DNA from: Eledone cirrhosa
Taxonomy: Eukaryota
Length of the DNA: 64,000 nt
NCBI GenBank assembly: GCA_964016885.1
Contig: OZ024741.1
Coordinates: 174,158,001-174,222,000 of the forward strand
Direction: 5' to 3'
Shown one piece after another: positions 14,351-26,364 of this stretch. The position numbers and the translations under genes were made by a program. Within the stretch, counting starts at the first letter, position 1. Every line of letters starts with the position of its first letter. The notes under the pieces are model-generated. The model was not told the DNA's origin and made no database searches. It worked only from the letters and a program-made list of their open reading frames with translations.

Positions 14351-14796
14351 TTCTTTAGCCATAGGTCAGCCATCATTGAGTTGACCTCAGATCAATAACA
14401 CTCCAGCTGTGACAATCTCAATTTCATCTTTTATTCAGACTTGGCAGTCTATCTTGGATTACATTTCTCAATAAATCCCTTGATTTTTAAAGAACATAGT
14501 TGGGGAAATTTGAGAAAGTTTCGCTGTTATTTCTAAAAGGTCAAAAAACAGATGTTAGAACAGCTGTCTGGTTAAGAAGTTTGTCTTGCAATCACATCAT
14601 TCTAGGTTCAATCCCTTTGCATGGCATCTTTGACAAATGTCTTCTAAATTGTCTCAAGTTAACCAATACTTTGTGAGTGGAATTTTGGAAACAGAATCTA
14701 TGCAGAAGACTGCCAAATATACATATATACTAGGTTTTTTTTCAACACACTGACACTTATGTGTGTATGTACAGTTAGACGTTGTTTTCTGTAGTT

Positions 14797-15121
14797 TGTC
14801 ATCACCCCTTCCTTCCTCAATCATCTCTAGTGTGTGATGCCATCACCCCGTCCTTCCTCAATTATCTCTAGTGTGTGACATCATCACTCCTTCCTTCCTC
14901 GGTCATCTCTAGTGTGTGACGTCATCACCCCTTCCTTCCTCAGTCATCTCTAGTGTGTGACGTCATCACCCCTTCCTTCCTCAATCATCTCTAGTGTGTG
15001 ACGTCATCACCTATTCCTCGTTCATCTCTAGTGCATGACATCATCACCCCTTCCTTCCTCAGTCATCTCTAGTGCATGACATCATCACCCCTTCCTTCCT
15101 CAGTCATCTCTAGTGTGTGAT
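14797..15121. repeat. ~41-bp minisatellite (gtcatcaccccttccttcctcagtcatctctagtgtgtgac), about 8 units
   Basis: Unit starts at 14921, 14962 and 15003 give the 41-bp period. Confidence 0.9.
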
Positions 15122-15159
15122 GGAAGGATAGACGGAAGTTGCTCAAATTTATATATAGA

Positions 15160-15945
15160 TATCATCATCATCACCACCATGAACATTTAATGCATATTTT
15201 CCATGTTTGCATGAGTTAGATGGGTTGTCATGATCTGCGGCTTGACAGGTCGAGTGAGTGACCATGCTTAGCTCATATGTTCTGTTTCTGGCATAGGTTT
15301 ACAGTTAGATGCCTTCCTAACATCAACCACTTTACATCATATACTGGAAGAATGTTGTCATAGTGACAGCATAGCAACTGGAGAGGGTGGACCTGGAGCT
15401 TGTTTTTAATCATAGCACACAAAATTAGTAGTGCTGCTTCCACAATAAAAATCACCCACTTTCAACCCTGTAGAGTGGTAGTACTGGTGCCAAGATAAAA
15501 TGCTCTTAGTTCACACTGTAAAATGGTAGTGCTGGTGCCACAATAAAAATCACCCACTTTCACCCTGGTGCCATGATAAAAAAAAAAAACAAGCTCCCAG
15601 TCGACCTTTTTAGGTCGCTATGCTGTCACTATGTCAAAATTCTCCCAGTGTATGATAGTTCAGTGAGCATGCTTAGCTCATATGTTCTGTTTCTGGCATA
15701 GGTTTTACAGTTAGATGGCTTCTTAACATCAACAACTATACATCACATACTGAGAGAATTTTGTCATAGTGACAGCATAGCGACCTGAGAGGGTGGGCTG
15801 GGAGTTTTTTTTTTTTATCATGGTACTAGTACTACCACTCTACAGGGTAAAACTAGGTGATTTTTATTGTGGTGGCAGCACTACAATTTTACAGTGTGGA
15901 CTGAGTGCATTTTATCTTGGCACCAAAACTACTCCCGTTACAACA
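15160..15945. mobile_element. Rearranged RTE-tail/SINE fragments in direct and inverted duplication
   Basis: 15260-15415 recurs at 15665-15825, and 15480-15650 is the reverse complement of parts of 15750-15930. Carries a gatgccttcctaac tail motif. Confidence 0.6.
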
Positions 15946-16519
15946 CTAATGTTTAATTATATCCTCGGCCAGACTGGTAAGGCAGTGATGAGAGTGTGGA
16001 GGAGCTGTGACAGGGGTGGGGCTGTATGACAAGAATTCAGGAGTTACCTGCATCTTGTTTGCTGATGGGAGGGTCATCCCTGGCCTTGAAGAGTGTGACA
16101 TTTGGCATTGTATTATGTGGGGCGGCCAGCTTTCCATGTAAGCCTGGGCTGGGCAAAGGAGAATTGTTGATGTAAATATATATATATATATATATATTTG
16201 TGTGCATGCATGCATGCGTGTGTGTGTGTGGGTGTGGGTGTGCGTGTGTGTGTGTGTGTGCGTGTGCGTGCGTGTGTGTGTGTGATGTCAGTTGACTGAT
16301 GCTGAAGTTTGCCAATACTGGCTAGTCATTCAGTAAAGATATTAGTTTATGCAGAGCAATTTATAGGATTTGTTTTAATCTAAAGAGATTTGTTGAAACA
16401 CATGAAAATATTGAAGGTGTAATTGGGGGTGAGGTGGTGTTTATAGGGTGCCGAGTTCAGTCGGTGGACCTTGAATTATAGCTAAGGGAAGTAAAAAAAA
16501 TATTCAAACTTTGAATGTG

Positions 16520-16866
16520 GGAGAATGTGTTTGTGTTTACGTGCGTGTGCATATGAGTGTGTGTGTGAGAGAGGATACAAGTGTGTGTGTGTGTGAGAGT
16601 GAGAGGTGGTGTATTTGTGTGTGAATGTGTGCGACAGAGAGAGAAAGTGTATGCATTTGTGAGTGAGTATGTATCTGTGTGAGAGAGAGAGAGAGATGAA
16701 AGAGTGTGTGCGTGTGTGTGTGTGTGCTTGTGAGAGTGTGACAGAGAAAGTGTAGCTGAAAGAGAGTGAGGTGGTGTATTTGTGTGTGAATGTGTGTGAC
16801 AGAGAGAGAAAGTGTATGCATTTGTGAGTGAGTATGTATCTGTGTGAGAGAGAGATGAAAGTGTGT

Positions 16867-16958
<92 letters not shown>

Positions 16959-16990
16959 ATGTGCTTGTGAGAGTGTGACAGAGAGAGATG
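16520..16990. repeat. (GT)n/(GA)n compound microsatellite with an internal duplication
   Basis: The block starting gaggtggtgtatttgtgtgtgaatg occurs twice; long pure (GT)n follows. Confidence 0.9.
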
Positions 16991-17127
16991 GAACTGTTTC
17001 TATATTCACATAGAATTGACAGGAAATGAAGACGATTCTAATGGTTTTGATAATGTTGTTGATGATGATGTTGTTGATGATGATGACGTTGATGCTTCTA
17101 ATGCTTTGTCCCTGTTCTCTGATGCAG

Positions 17128-17253
17128 AATGAATTAATAAGTATTTACCAAGACCTCGGATCTGAAGATGCTGAACCAGTTCCATTTAACACTCTAATTG
17201 AACATCCTTTCATACAGGACTTCATTGCAAAAGGCAACAACTTTCTCCTGCAG
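17128..17253 (+). CDS. SPEF2: Internal coding exon of a SPEF2-like gene ([42 protein letters not shown])
   Basis: ctctgatgcag acceptor and cag|gtaac donor; 126 nt, phase 0-0. QDLG...EP.....L.HPFIQD matches the SPEF2 C-terminus as I recall it (not database-checked). Confidence 0.7.
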
Positions 17254-17261
17254 GTAACATG

Positions 17262-17322
<61 letters not shown>

Positions 17323-17456
17323 ATATTTATGTGTATATGTATATATATATTTATATATATTTATATATATTTATATATATTCATCTATACATTTATGTAT
17401 ATATATATATATATATATATAGATATATTAATCTATACATACACATATATATATAT

Positions 17457-19665
17457 ATCATCATCATCATCATCAACGTTTAACGTCCGTGTTCCACGCT
17501 TGCATGGGTTTGGACGGGGGTAGTCCCACTTGAGGCAAGAGTGATTGTCTTGCTCGCATAGGACTGTCTGGCAGGTTTTCTACAGCTGGATGCCCTTCCT
17601 AACACCAATCACATTTACAGTGTGGGTCTGGGAGGTTTTTACTGTGTTGCCTACACGGCCACATTACAGCGTGGACTGTGTGTTTTTTTGTCGTGACACC
17701 TACACGATCTCATTTGTTTCGGCCTGGATGTTGTGGCACCAACATAACTTTACATAGAACGGGGTGGTGTGGATGGGGTGGGGGTGGTGGTGGTGGGACG
17801 GGGGGTATTTTGTTAGAGATGCCTACTGGCTGTAGTAGGTTTTACTATGTATTTAGGTAAGGCGGGTCTTCTCTGTTACTGAGTACCGCCAAAGGTCTCG
17901 GTCCAGTGACATTGTCTTGGAGAGGTGTAAGTGTGTGAGGTCGGAGTTTATCAGCTCGTCCCAGGTTTTTCTAGGTCTGCCTATTCCGTGGCTACCGTCT
18001 ATCTTTATTGCCCTGCACTTTGTTATACAGCTATCGACTTTCATGCGCATCACGTGTCCATACCAACGTAGCCTTCTCTCGAGTAAACAACATCTGATCC
18101 CTCTTATTTCTAATTTTTTTCCTTAGTTCGTTTATGCTTTGCCGTTCACGTATATTACTGTTACACATCCAGCGGAGCATGCAAGCTTCGTTCCTCTCTA
18201 GTCTGCGTATATCCTCTGCACACAATGCCCAGGTCTCACTGCCATGCAACATTGCTGTTCGTATGCAGGCATCGTACAACCTGCCTTTCATTTTTAGGGA
18301 GAACCCTTTAGCAGCTAATAGTGGTATAAGCTCTCTGAACTTTTTCCAACCAGTTCTGACTCTAGCTACTGTACTTTCAGAGCACCCTCCCCCACTGCTG
18401 ATTTTATCACCCAGGTAACGGAAGCTGTCCACTATTTCTATAGAACCCTCTGCGCAATTGAAAGAGCTAGTATTTTGTGGGCACTTGCTGCTACTTATTG
18501 CACCAGAGCACCGGCCACATGTAAAATCTATGTTCTTAGTTAGCTTACCTGTGATCCCACTACATCTTTTATGCACCCATACTTTGCATTTAGGACATAA
18601 AATGGAGTTTCTACCTACACCTTTCCTACACACCGAGCACGACCATTTCCCAGAAGGGACCGCCGCCTTATTTTCTTTCCTACAAACTAGAACTTTAGTC
18701 TTAGCCAGGTTAATTTTAAGTCCTTTTGATTCTAGGCCGTGCTTCCATGTTTGGAATTTCTTCTCTAGCTCGGCCATTGATTCAGCTATGAGTGTCAGGT
18801 CGTCTGCGTATAGGAGTTCCCATGGGCAGCCGGTCTTGAACTCCTCTGTTATAGCCTGAAGGGCAATAATAAATAGTAGGGGGCTGAGAACAAAGCCCTG
18901 ATGGACGCCAACTTTTACGCTAAACTCTTCACTATATTCGTTGTTAATTCTAACCTTGCTGACTGTTTCTTTATACATGGCTTGTATAGCTCTCACAAGC
19001 CATTCGTCAATGCCTAGTTTTCTAAGAGCCCACCAGATAATGGAGCGGGGGACTCTGTCGAAGGCTTTCTCCAAGTCGACAAAAGCTAAGTAGAGGGGTT
19101 TACCTTTAGCTAGGTACTTCTCCTGTAGTTGTCGTACAATGAAAAGAGCGTCTGTGGTACTTTTGCCTGACACAAACCCGAACTGCATTTCATCTAGGTC
19201 AATTCTCTCTCTGATTAGTTGTGCTATTACTTTTTCCGTGACCTTCATGACCTGGTCGATTAATTTAATGCCTCTATAGTTACTCCTATCTAGGGCGTCT
19301 CCTTTACCCTTATAACAGTTAACGATGATGCTGCTATGCCAGTCCTTCGGAACAACCCCATTCTGTACGACTTGGTTAACTATGCGGGTGACCATGGTGT
19401 GTCCCACCGTGCCAGATGCCTTCAGCATCTCAGCAACTATTTCCGAAGGCCCAGCCGCCTTACCCGTCTTCATATCCTTGATTGCCTTACTTATTATACT
19501 CCCCTCGACTAACACTGCTGGTCCCTCTATTGGGTCGATATGGGGGAGACTGTCTTTCTCCCATTTATTCTCCTCATTTAGTAGCCTTTCATAGTGACAC
19601 TTCCAAGCTACCTTCTTATCAGCGTCGGTGATGGCAAGTATGCCATCATTGTTAAGTACACACTT
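17457..19665 (-). mobile_element. RTE-clade LINE, 5'-truncated, well preserved
   Basis: ORF 18031-19515 has GKAAGP, NYRGIKL, QFGF..GKSTTDA, FVDLEKAFDRVP, GVHQG.VLSPLLF, LLYADD, FRYLG, LHGSETW. An embedded C4HC3 PHD finger, a 3' UTR and a (gat)n tail are present. Confidence 0.95.
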
Positions 19666-19684
19666 CTCATATTAATCTATACAT

Positions 19685-19768
<84 letters not shown>

Positions 19769-19849
19769 TCTATACATACACACATATATATATATATATA
19801 TATATTAATCTATACATACACACACATATATATATATATATATATATTT

Positions 19850-19990
19850 ATAGGAGTAAGTAAGACCCCGACGGCTGAGCTCAGCCGTCGGGGTCTTACT
19901 TACTCCTATTTCCCACTCTACTACACGAAGTATTGAGTACTTTGGTGCGTTATGGTCCACCTGGTTCCTTACCACTTTTCCCTCGCTATA
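19850..19990 (+). mobile_element. Fold-back mini-element (PLE pseudo-LTR derived) with a perfect 60-bp palindrome
   Basis: Palindrome 19850-19909 is centred on tgagctca. The tail is nearly identical to 40860-40940. Flanked by (TA)n. Confidence 0.75.
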
Positions 19991-20057
19991 TATATATTTA
20001 TATATATTCATCTATACATTTATGTATATATATATATATATATATTAATCTGTACAT

Positions 20058-20092
<35 letters not shown>

Positions 20093-20173
20093 CCTGTACA
20101 TTTATGTGTATATATATATAAATAATATATTTATATATATTCATCTATACATTTATGTATATATATATATATA

Positions 20174-20600
20174 TAAATGGAATAGAATGAAACGAAATTT
20201 CATTTCTCACTCTTAGTACGGCACTTATTTAAATGGCACTTACATTTAAGTAAGTGCCATAATAAGAGTGAGAAATGAAGTTTTGTTTCATTCTATTCCA
20301 TTTATCGTTTTCGGTGTGCCCGGCCGACTGAACTCACTCGATATGCAAATTAGGCTGCTCAGCCGTTAATATGCATAAAGAAAGTATATACTTTCAGACG
20401 TTCAATCATCTGGCAGGAAGGTATACGATGCTGACGATAGCTAATAAGCTTGAAACTAGTATATCGTTTCTGTGTCAGTGTTGAACAAAAAAGGCGACGT
20501 GGTTGCCTAAACACTGTACAGCGTAATTCGGGCTGTTTGTTTGTTTACAAACAAACAAACCGAGCATTATAATAAATGTTCGGTAAACCGATACGTGCAT
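20174..20600 (+). mobile_element. Fold-back mini-element carrying a hammerhead ribozyme
   Basis: Inverted arms ~20174-20235 / 20243-20305, hammerhead at 20425-20467, (TA)n flanks. Confidence 0.6.
20425..20467 (+). ncRNA. Type I minimal hammerhead ribozyme
   Basis: acgatg-CTGACGA-t-agct-aata-agct-t-GAAA-ctag-TA-tatcgt: 6-bp stem I, stem II, palindromic stem III (ACTAGT), GUA cleavage triplet. Confidence 0.8.
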
Positions 20601-20744
20601 ATATATATATGTGTGTGCATGTATCTATATATATGCATACTACTGTACGTCTGTATACATATATGTATGTACGTATACATACATACATACTTACACATAT
20701 ATATATATATATATGAATCTATATATATATATATATATATATAG

Positions 20745-21131
20745 ATTTGGGGTTTATGTTGGTTGTATACCAACACCTCAGTATGCAGGCTGGAGCACTC
20801 GACGAAGTACGCAGGTTGGTTTGGTTACTCCGGAGTAGTGTAAAATAAATTTAAATAAAAGTCAAATGATTAAAATTTAGCTTCGTTTATTACTGCTATA
20901 TATATTTCAGTGACAGCCATCTTTGGCTGTGACCTCTTCAGGCAGTTTGAATTAGTATGGTATAGACAAGTACATATGTTGTTTAGGTGTATAATATTGT
21001 CAATACTCTGATATGCCCAGTTCCTTGTTGGGTTGTTAATTCACTGAGGAACTGGAGTCATATGGCTGTCACTGAAATATATATAGCAGTAATAAACGAA
21101 GCTAAATTTTAATCATTTGACTTTTATTTAA
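20745..21131. mobile_element. Fold-back mini-element with 70-bp perfect inverted arms (20851-20920 / 21062-21131)
   Basis: Arms read directly; contains the 20892-20946 hammerhead and a tcgagtgctcc motif (minus, 20792-20802); (TA)n flanks. Confidence 0.75.
20892..20946 (-). ncRNA. Type I hammerhead ribozyme
   Basis: Minus strand actgc-CTGAAGA-ggtcacagcca-aaga-tggctgtcact-GAAA-tatata-TA-gcagt: perfect stem I, long stem II, palindromic stem III. Confidence 0.85.
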
Positions 21132-21134
21132 CTT

Positions 21135-21197
<63 letters not shown>

Positions 21198-21198
<1 letters not shown>

Positions 21199-21455
21199 TT
21201 CCTTGAGCAAGACACTTTATTTCACATTGCTCCAGTTTACTCAGCTGTAGAAATGAGATGATAGGGACAGGGGTCCATATCATTCCACTGCAAAGTGGTC
21301 GTGGAGGTGCCACGGCAAAAAAGCACCCTGCACTCACTGTAAATGAGGTTGGTGTTAGGAAGGGCATCCAGCTGTAGAAATCACGCCAGAATCAGTTCCC
21401 ATCCCACCCTTGCAAGCAGGGAAAAGCAGACGTAAAATGATGATGATGATGATGA
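21198..21455 (+). mobile_element. SINE family A, 5'-truncated copy
   Basis: tccttgagcaagacacttt core, ggtgttaggaagggcatccagctgtagaa tail and (gat)n; colinear with 42193-42584. Confidence 0.85.
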
Positions 21456-21654
21456 TATATATATATATATTCATCTACACATATATATATGTATGTGTGT
21501 GTGTATTCATCTGTCTATTTATCTAGCAGCTATCTGTTTATGTATGTACTTATCTATCTGTTTACCTATCTATCCCTCAACCTCACTCTTTTTCTCTCAC
21601 CACTTTCACTTTTATTTTCAATTGTCTTTTCATGTTTCTTTCTTTCTATATATG

Positions 21655-22020
21655 TCCTTCTCTCACTCTCCTTCTCTTTCTCTCTCTGCCTCTCTCTCTC
21701 TTTCTCTCTCTCTCTGCCTCTTCTCTCTTCTCCTCCTCTCTCTCTCTCTCTCCTCTTCCTCTCTCCCCTCCTCCTCCTCCGCTCTCTCTCATCTTCCTCT
21801 CTCCCCTCCTCCTCCTCCGCTCTCTCTCTTGGCCTCCCCTCTCTCTCTCCTGCTCTCTGCCTCTTCTCTCTCCTCCTCCTCCTCCTCCTCCTCTCCTCTA
21901 TACCTCCTCCTCTCTCTCTCCTCCTCCCCCCCTCTCTCTCTCTCCTCCTCCTCTCTCTCTCCTCCTCTCTCTTTCTCTCCTCCTCCGCTCCTCTCTCTCT
22001 CTCCCCTCATCTCCCTCTCC
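21655..22020. repeat. Polypyrimidine (CT/CCT) low-complexity tract
   Basis: Direct inspection. Confidence 0.9.
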
Positions 22021-22189
22021 ATTTCATCTCTGTATATCTGTTACTCCCCCCCTCCCCCTCCTATTCAGACATCTACTACAGTAACAGCTGTAATTACCTC
22101 AGCATGTCCCAAATGTCAATTACATAATAATAATGATGACACAACAATTGTTATAAGATGTAAAGTGGGGTGGAGGGCGATTATAATGT

Positions 22190-24925
22190 GTGGGGTGGGG
22201 GTGATGTGATGTGGTGTGGTGGGGGGTGATGGGATGTGGTATGGTGTGATGGGGTGTGATGGGATGGGATGGGATGGGGTGTGATGTGGAGATATGTGAG
22301 GTGATAGAATGGGATGTCATTACATTTGTGGTGAGGTGAGGTTAGATGATGTGATGGCATGGGGTGATATTTGATGAAAGGTGATGTGAGGTGGGGTGAG
22401 CTGAGCTGATGTCATGGTATGTGATGTGATGTGATGTGATGTGATGTGATGTAATGTGGTGTGATGTAATGTGGAATAGTATGGTGTGGTGTAGTTATGT
22501 GTAGTGTTGTGGTGTGATGTAATGTAGAATAGTATGGTGTGGTGTAGTGTAGTGATGTGGTGTGGTGTGGTGTGATGTAATGTGGAATAGTATGGTGTGG
22601 TGTAGTTATGTGTAGTGTTGTGGTGTGATGTAATATAGAATAGTATGGTGTGGTGTAGTGTAGTGATGTGGTGTGGTGTGGTGTGATGTAATGTGGAATA
22701 GTATGGTGTGGTGTGATGTAATGTGGAATAGTATGGTGTGGTGTAGTGATGTGTAGTGATGTAATGTAGAATAGTATGGTGTGGTGTAGTGTAGTGATGT
22801 GTAGTGATGTGGTGTGGTGTAATGTGGAATAGTATGGTGTGGTGTAGTGTAGTGCTGTGATGGGATGTGGTGTGGTGTGGTGTGGTGTAATGTGGAATAG
22901 TATGGTGTGGTGTAGTGTAGTGATGTGGTGTGGTGTAATGTGGAATAGTATGATGTGGTGTAGTGTAGTGATGTAATGGAATGTGGTGTGGTGTGATGTA
23001 ATGTGGAATAGTATGATGTAGTGTAGTGTTGTGATGGGATTTGATTTGGTGTGATGTAATGTGGAATAGTATGGTGTGGTGTAGTGATGTGATGTGGTGT
23101 GGTGTGGTGTGAGGTGATGTGATGTGGTGTGAGGTGATGTGATGTAATGTAGAATAGTATAGTGTGGTGTGGTGTGGTGTAATGTGGAATAGTATGGTGT
23201 GGTGTAGTGTAGTGATGTGATGGGATGTGGTGTGGTGTGGTGTAATGTGGAATAGTATGATGTAGTGTAGTGTTGTGATGGGATTTGATGTGGTGTGATG
23301 TAATGTGGAATAGTATGGTGTGGTGTAGTGATGTGATGTGATGTGGTGTGGTGTGAGGTGATGTGATGTAATGTAGAATAGTATGGTGTGGTGTAGTGTA
23401 GTGATGTGATGTGATGTGGTGTAGTGTGAGGTGATGTGATGTGATGTATAGTGTAGTGTAGTGTACTGATGTGGTGTGAGGTGATGTAATGTAGAATAGT
23501 ATAGTGTGGTGTGGTGTAATGTGGTGTGATGTAATGTAGAATACTATAGTGTGGTGTGGTGTAATGTAGAATAGTATAGTGTGGTGTAATGTGGAATAGT
23601 ATGGTGTGGTGTGGTGTGGTGTAATGTGGAATAGTATGGTGTGGTGTGATGTGGTGTAATGTGGAATAGTATGGTGTGGTGTAGTGTAGTGATGTAATGG
23701 GATGTGGTGTGGTGTGGTGTAATGTGGAATAGTATGGTGTGGTGTAGTGATGTAATGGGATGTGGTGTGGTGTGGTGTAATGTGGAATAGTATGGTGTGG
23801 TGTAGTGTAGTGATGTAATGGGATGTGGTGTGGTGTGGTGTAATGTGGAATAGTATGGTGTGGTGTGGTGTAATATAGTGTGATGTAATGTAGAATAGTA
23901 TAGTGTGGTGTAATGTGGAATAGTATGGTGTGGTGTGGTGTAGTGTAGTGATGTAATGGGATGTGGTGTGGTGTGGTGTAATGTGGAATCGTATGGTGTG
24001 GTGTAGTGATGTAATGGGATGTGGTGTGGTGTAATGTGGAATAGTATGGTGTGGTGTAGTGTAGTGATGTAATGGGATGTGGTGTGGTGTGGTGTAATGT
24101 GGAATAGTATGATGTAGTGTAGTGTTGTGATGGGATTTGATGTGGTGTGATGTAATGTGGAATAGTATGGTTTGGTGTAGTGTTGTGATGGGATTTGATG
24201 TGGTGTGATGTAATGTGGAATAGTATGGTGTAGTGTAGTGTAATGTGATGTGGTGTGGTGTGATGTGGTATGGTGTGGTGTGAGGTGATGTGATGTAATG
24301 TAGAATAGTATGGCGTGGTATAGTGTAGTGATGTGATGTGATGTAATGTAGAATAGTATAGTGTGGTGTAGTGTACTGATGTGGTGTGATGTGATGTAAT
24401 GTAGAATAGTATAGTGTGGTGTGGTGTAATGTGGTGTGATGTAATGTACAATAGTATAGTGTGGTGTAGTGTGGAATAGTATGGTGTGGTGTGGTGTAGT
24501 GTAGTGATGTGATGTGGTGTGGTATGGTGTGATGTGATGTTATGTGGTGTAATGTGGTGTGATGTGGTGTGGTGTGATGTTATGTGATGTAATGTGGTGT
24601 GATGTGGTGTGGTGTGGTGTGATGTGGTGTGATGTGGTGTGGTGTAATGTGGTGTGGTGTGATGTGATGTGGTGTGATGTTATGTGGTGTGATGTGGTGT
24701 GGTGTGATGTGGTGTGGTGTGATGTTATGTGGTGTAATGTGGTGTGATGTGATGTGGTGTGGTGTGGTTGTGATGTGGGATAGTATAGTGTGGTGTAGTA
24801 ATGAAATGTGGTGCGATATGATGTAATGTGGTGGGATGTAATGTGATGTGATGTGGTGTGATGTAATGTGGAATAGTATAGTGTGGTGTAGTGTGGTGAT
24901 GTGATGTAGTGTAATGTGGTGATGA
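22190..24925. repeat. G/T-rich pentamer-based satellite (gtgat/gtggt/gtaat) with recurring gtggaatagtatg units
   Basis: Direct inspection; broadly complementary in motif to 10201-13368. Confidence 0.95.
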
Positions 24926-25548
24926 TGCCATCTTACTTTCTTCCCCCTTCTTTCATTCTTTCCCTCTTTCCTCTGCTCTTCCCTTCCTCTCATTGCTTCT
25001 TTCCTTCTCCCTTCACCTACCCGCCACTCCTACTTGTCACTTTCACTTACTACCAGCTCCACACACAGAGCCATTGTTGTTGCCTTTTCTTACAGCGACC
25101 TGAGGCCGAGTGGATGCACTTTATTTTTCTCTCTCTTTGACCTGTCTGTCTGTCTATCTAATCTGTTCGTTCACACAAACATCATACCCACAGAGATATT
25201 TATTTTTCGTTGTACGAGCCATCTATTCTACATGGTTCTTTTAGTTAAATTGTCTAAACCACAGGTGGTCTAAAAGCTGTGGAGGGTATCTAAATGTTTG
25301 TGAGATCTTCTCTCGTCCTTTTTCTTTGCTTTTCCCCTTTCTTCCTATCACTTCTGCAGGCCAAATCACTTCTAGCCACTGATTTCTATGCTTTGAGGTA
25401 AATTTTACTTGATGTTGTCACTGACAGCATTTTGCTGTTTTAACTGCTTCCTTACGTTGAGTTCTTTCCATTATTCTACAAATTCTAATACACTTGCACA
25501 TCAAACTCGATAATCAAGATAACTCTGTTTATATATATATATATATAT

Positions 25549-25857
25549 CATTTCATTTTTCATTTCATTTTACGTCCACATTTCCCTGCTTGCAAGGGTG
25601 GGACGGGAAATGATTCTGGCTTGATTTCTACAGCTGGATGCCCTTCCTAACACCAACCTCATTTACAGTGAGTGTTGGGTGCTTTTTTGCCGTGGCACCT
25701 ACACGACCACTTTGCAGTGGAATGATAGGGACCCCAGTCCCTATCATCTCATTTCTACAGCTGAGTAAACTGGAGCAATGTAAAATAAATGTCTTGCTCA
25801 AGGAAACAACACATCACACGGTCTGAGAATTGAACTCACAACCTTTCGATTGCAAGG

Positions 25858-25860
<3 letters not shown>
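25549..25860 (-). mobile_element. SINE family A copy
   Basis: Reverse complement of the 42193-42584 head remnant, core and tail. Confidence 0.85.
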
Positions 25861-25893
<33 letters not shown>

Positions 25894-26023
25894 TATATAT
25901 ATAATATATATTAAAATAACATATATCATCATCATCATCTATATTAAAATAACATATATATATATAATATATATTAAAATATATATATATATATATATTA
26001 GAGGTGTAACACACAAGTTATTA

Positions 26024-26364
26024 TATATTGGTAAACGGAATAGAAAATGCTGACAAATTGTTCACAGTTGAAAAATGGTTTAATTAGGAATAAAAGAGTA
26101 TTAGTGATTGTATGGGTTAGTATTCAGTTGTGGTTTTAAGTTTTTAAGTTTTTACCGGTTGCGCATTTCTAAATGCTTCAAACAGCACGGACACTCTATC
26201 TCAAAATTATTTTTGAAAAGCATTTAGAAATGCGCAACCGGTAAAAACTTAAAAACTTAAAACCACAACTGAATACTAACCCATACAATCACTAATACTC
26301 TTTTATTCCTAATTAAACCATTTTTCAACTGTGAACAATTTGTCAGCATTTTCTATTCCGTTTA

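Noticed and set aside
13447-14398. Poly-Asn/Val/Thr/Leu ORFs
   Set aside because: Translations of a (GTT)n microsatellite.
14797-15121. CRISPR-like periodic array (also 52972-53190)
   Set aside because: Units are contiguous with no unique spacers, there are no cas genes, and the context is eukaryotic.
22412-24451. 679-aa His/Thr/Tyr ORF
   Set aside because: Satellite translation.
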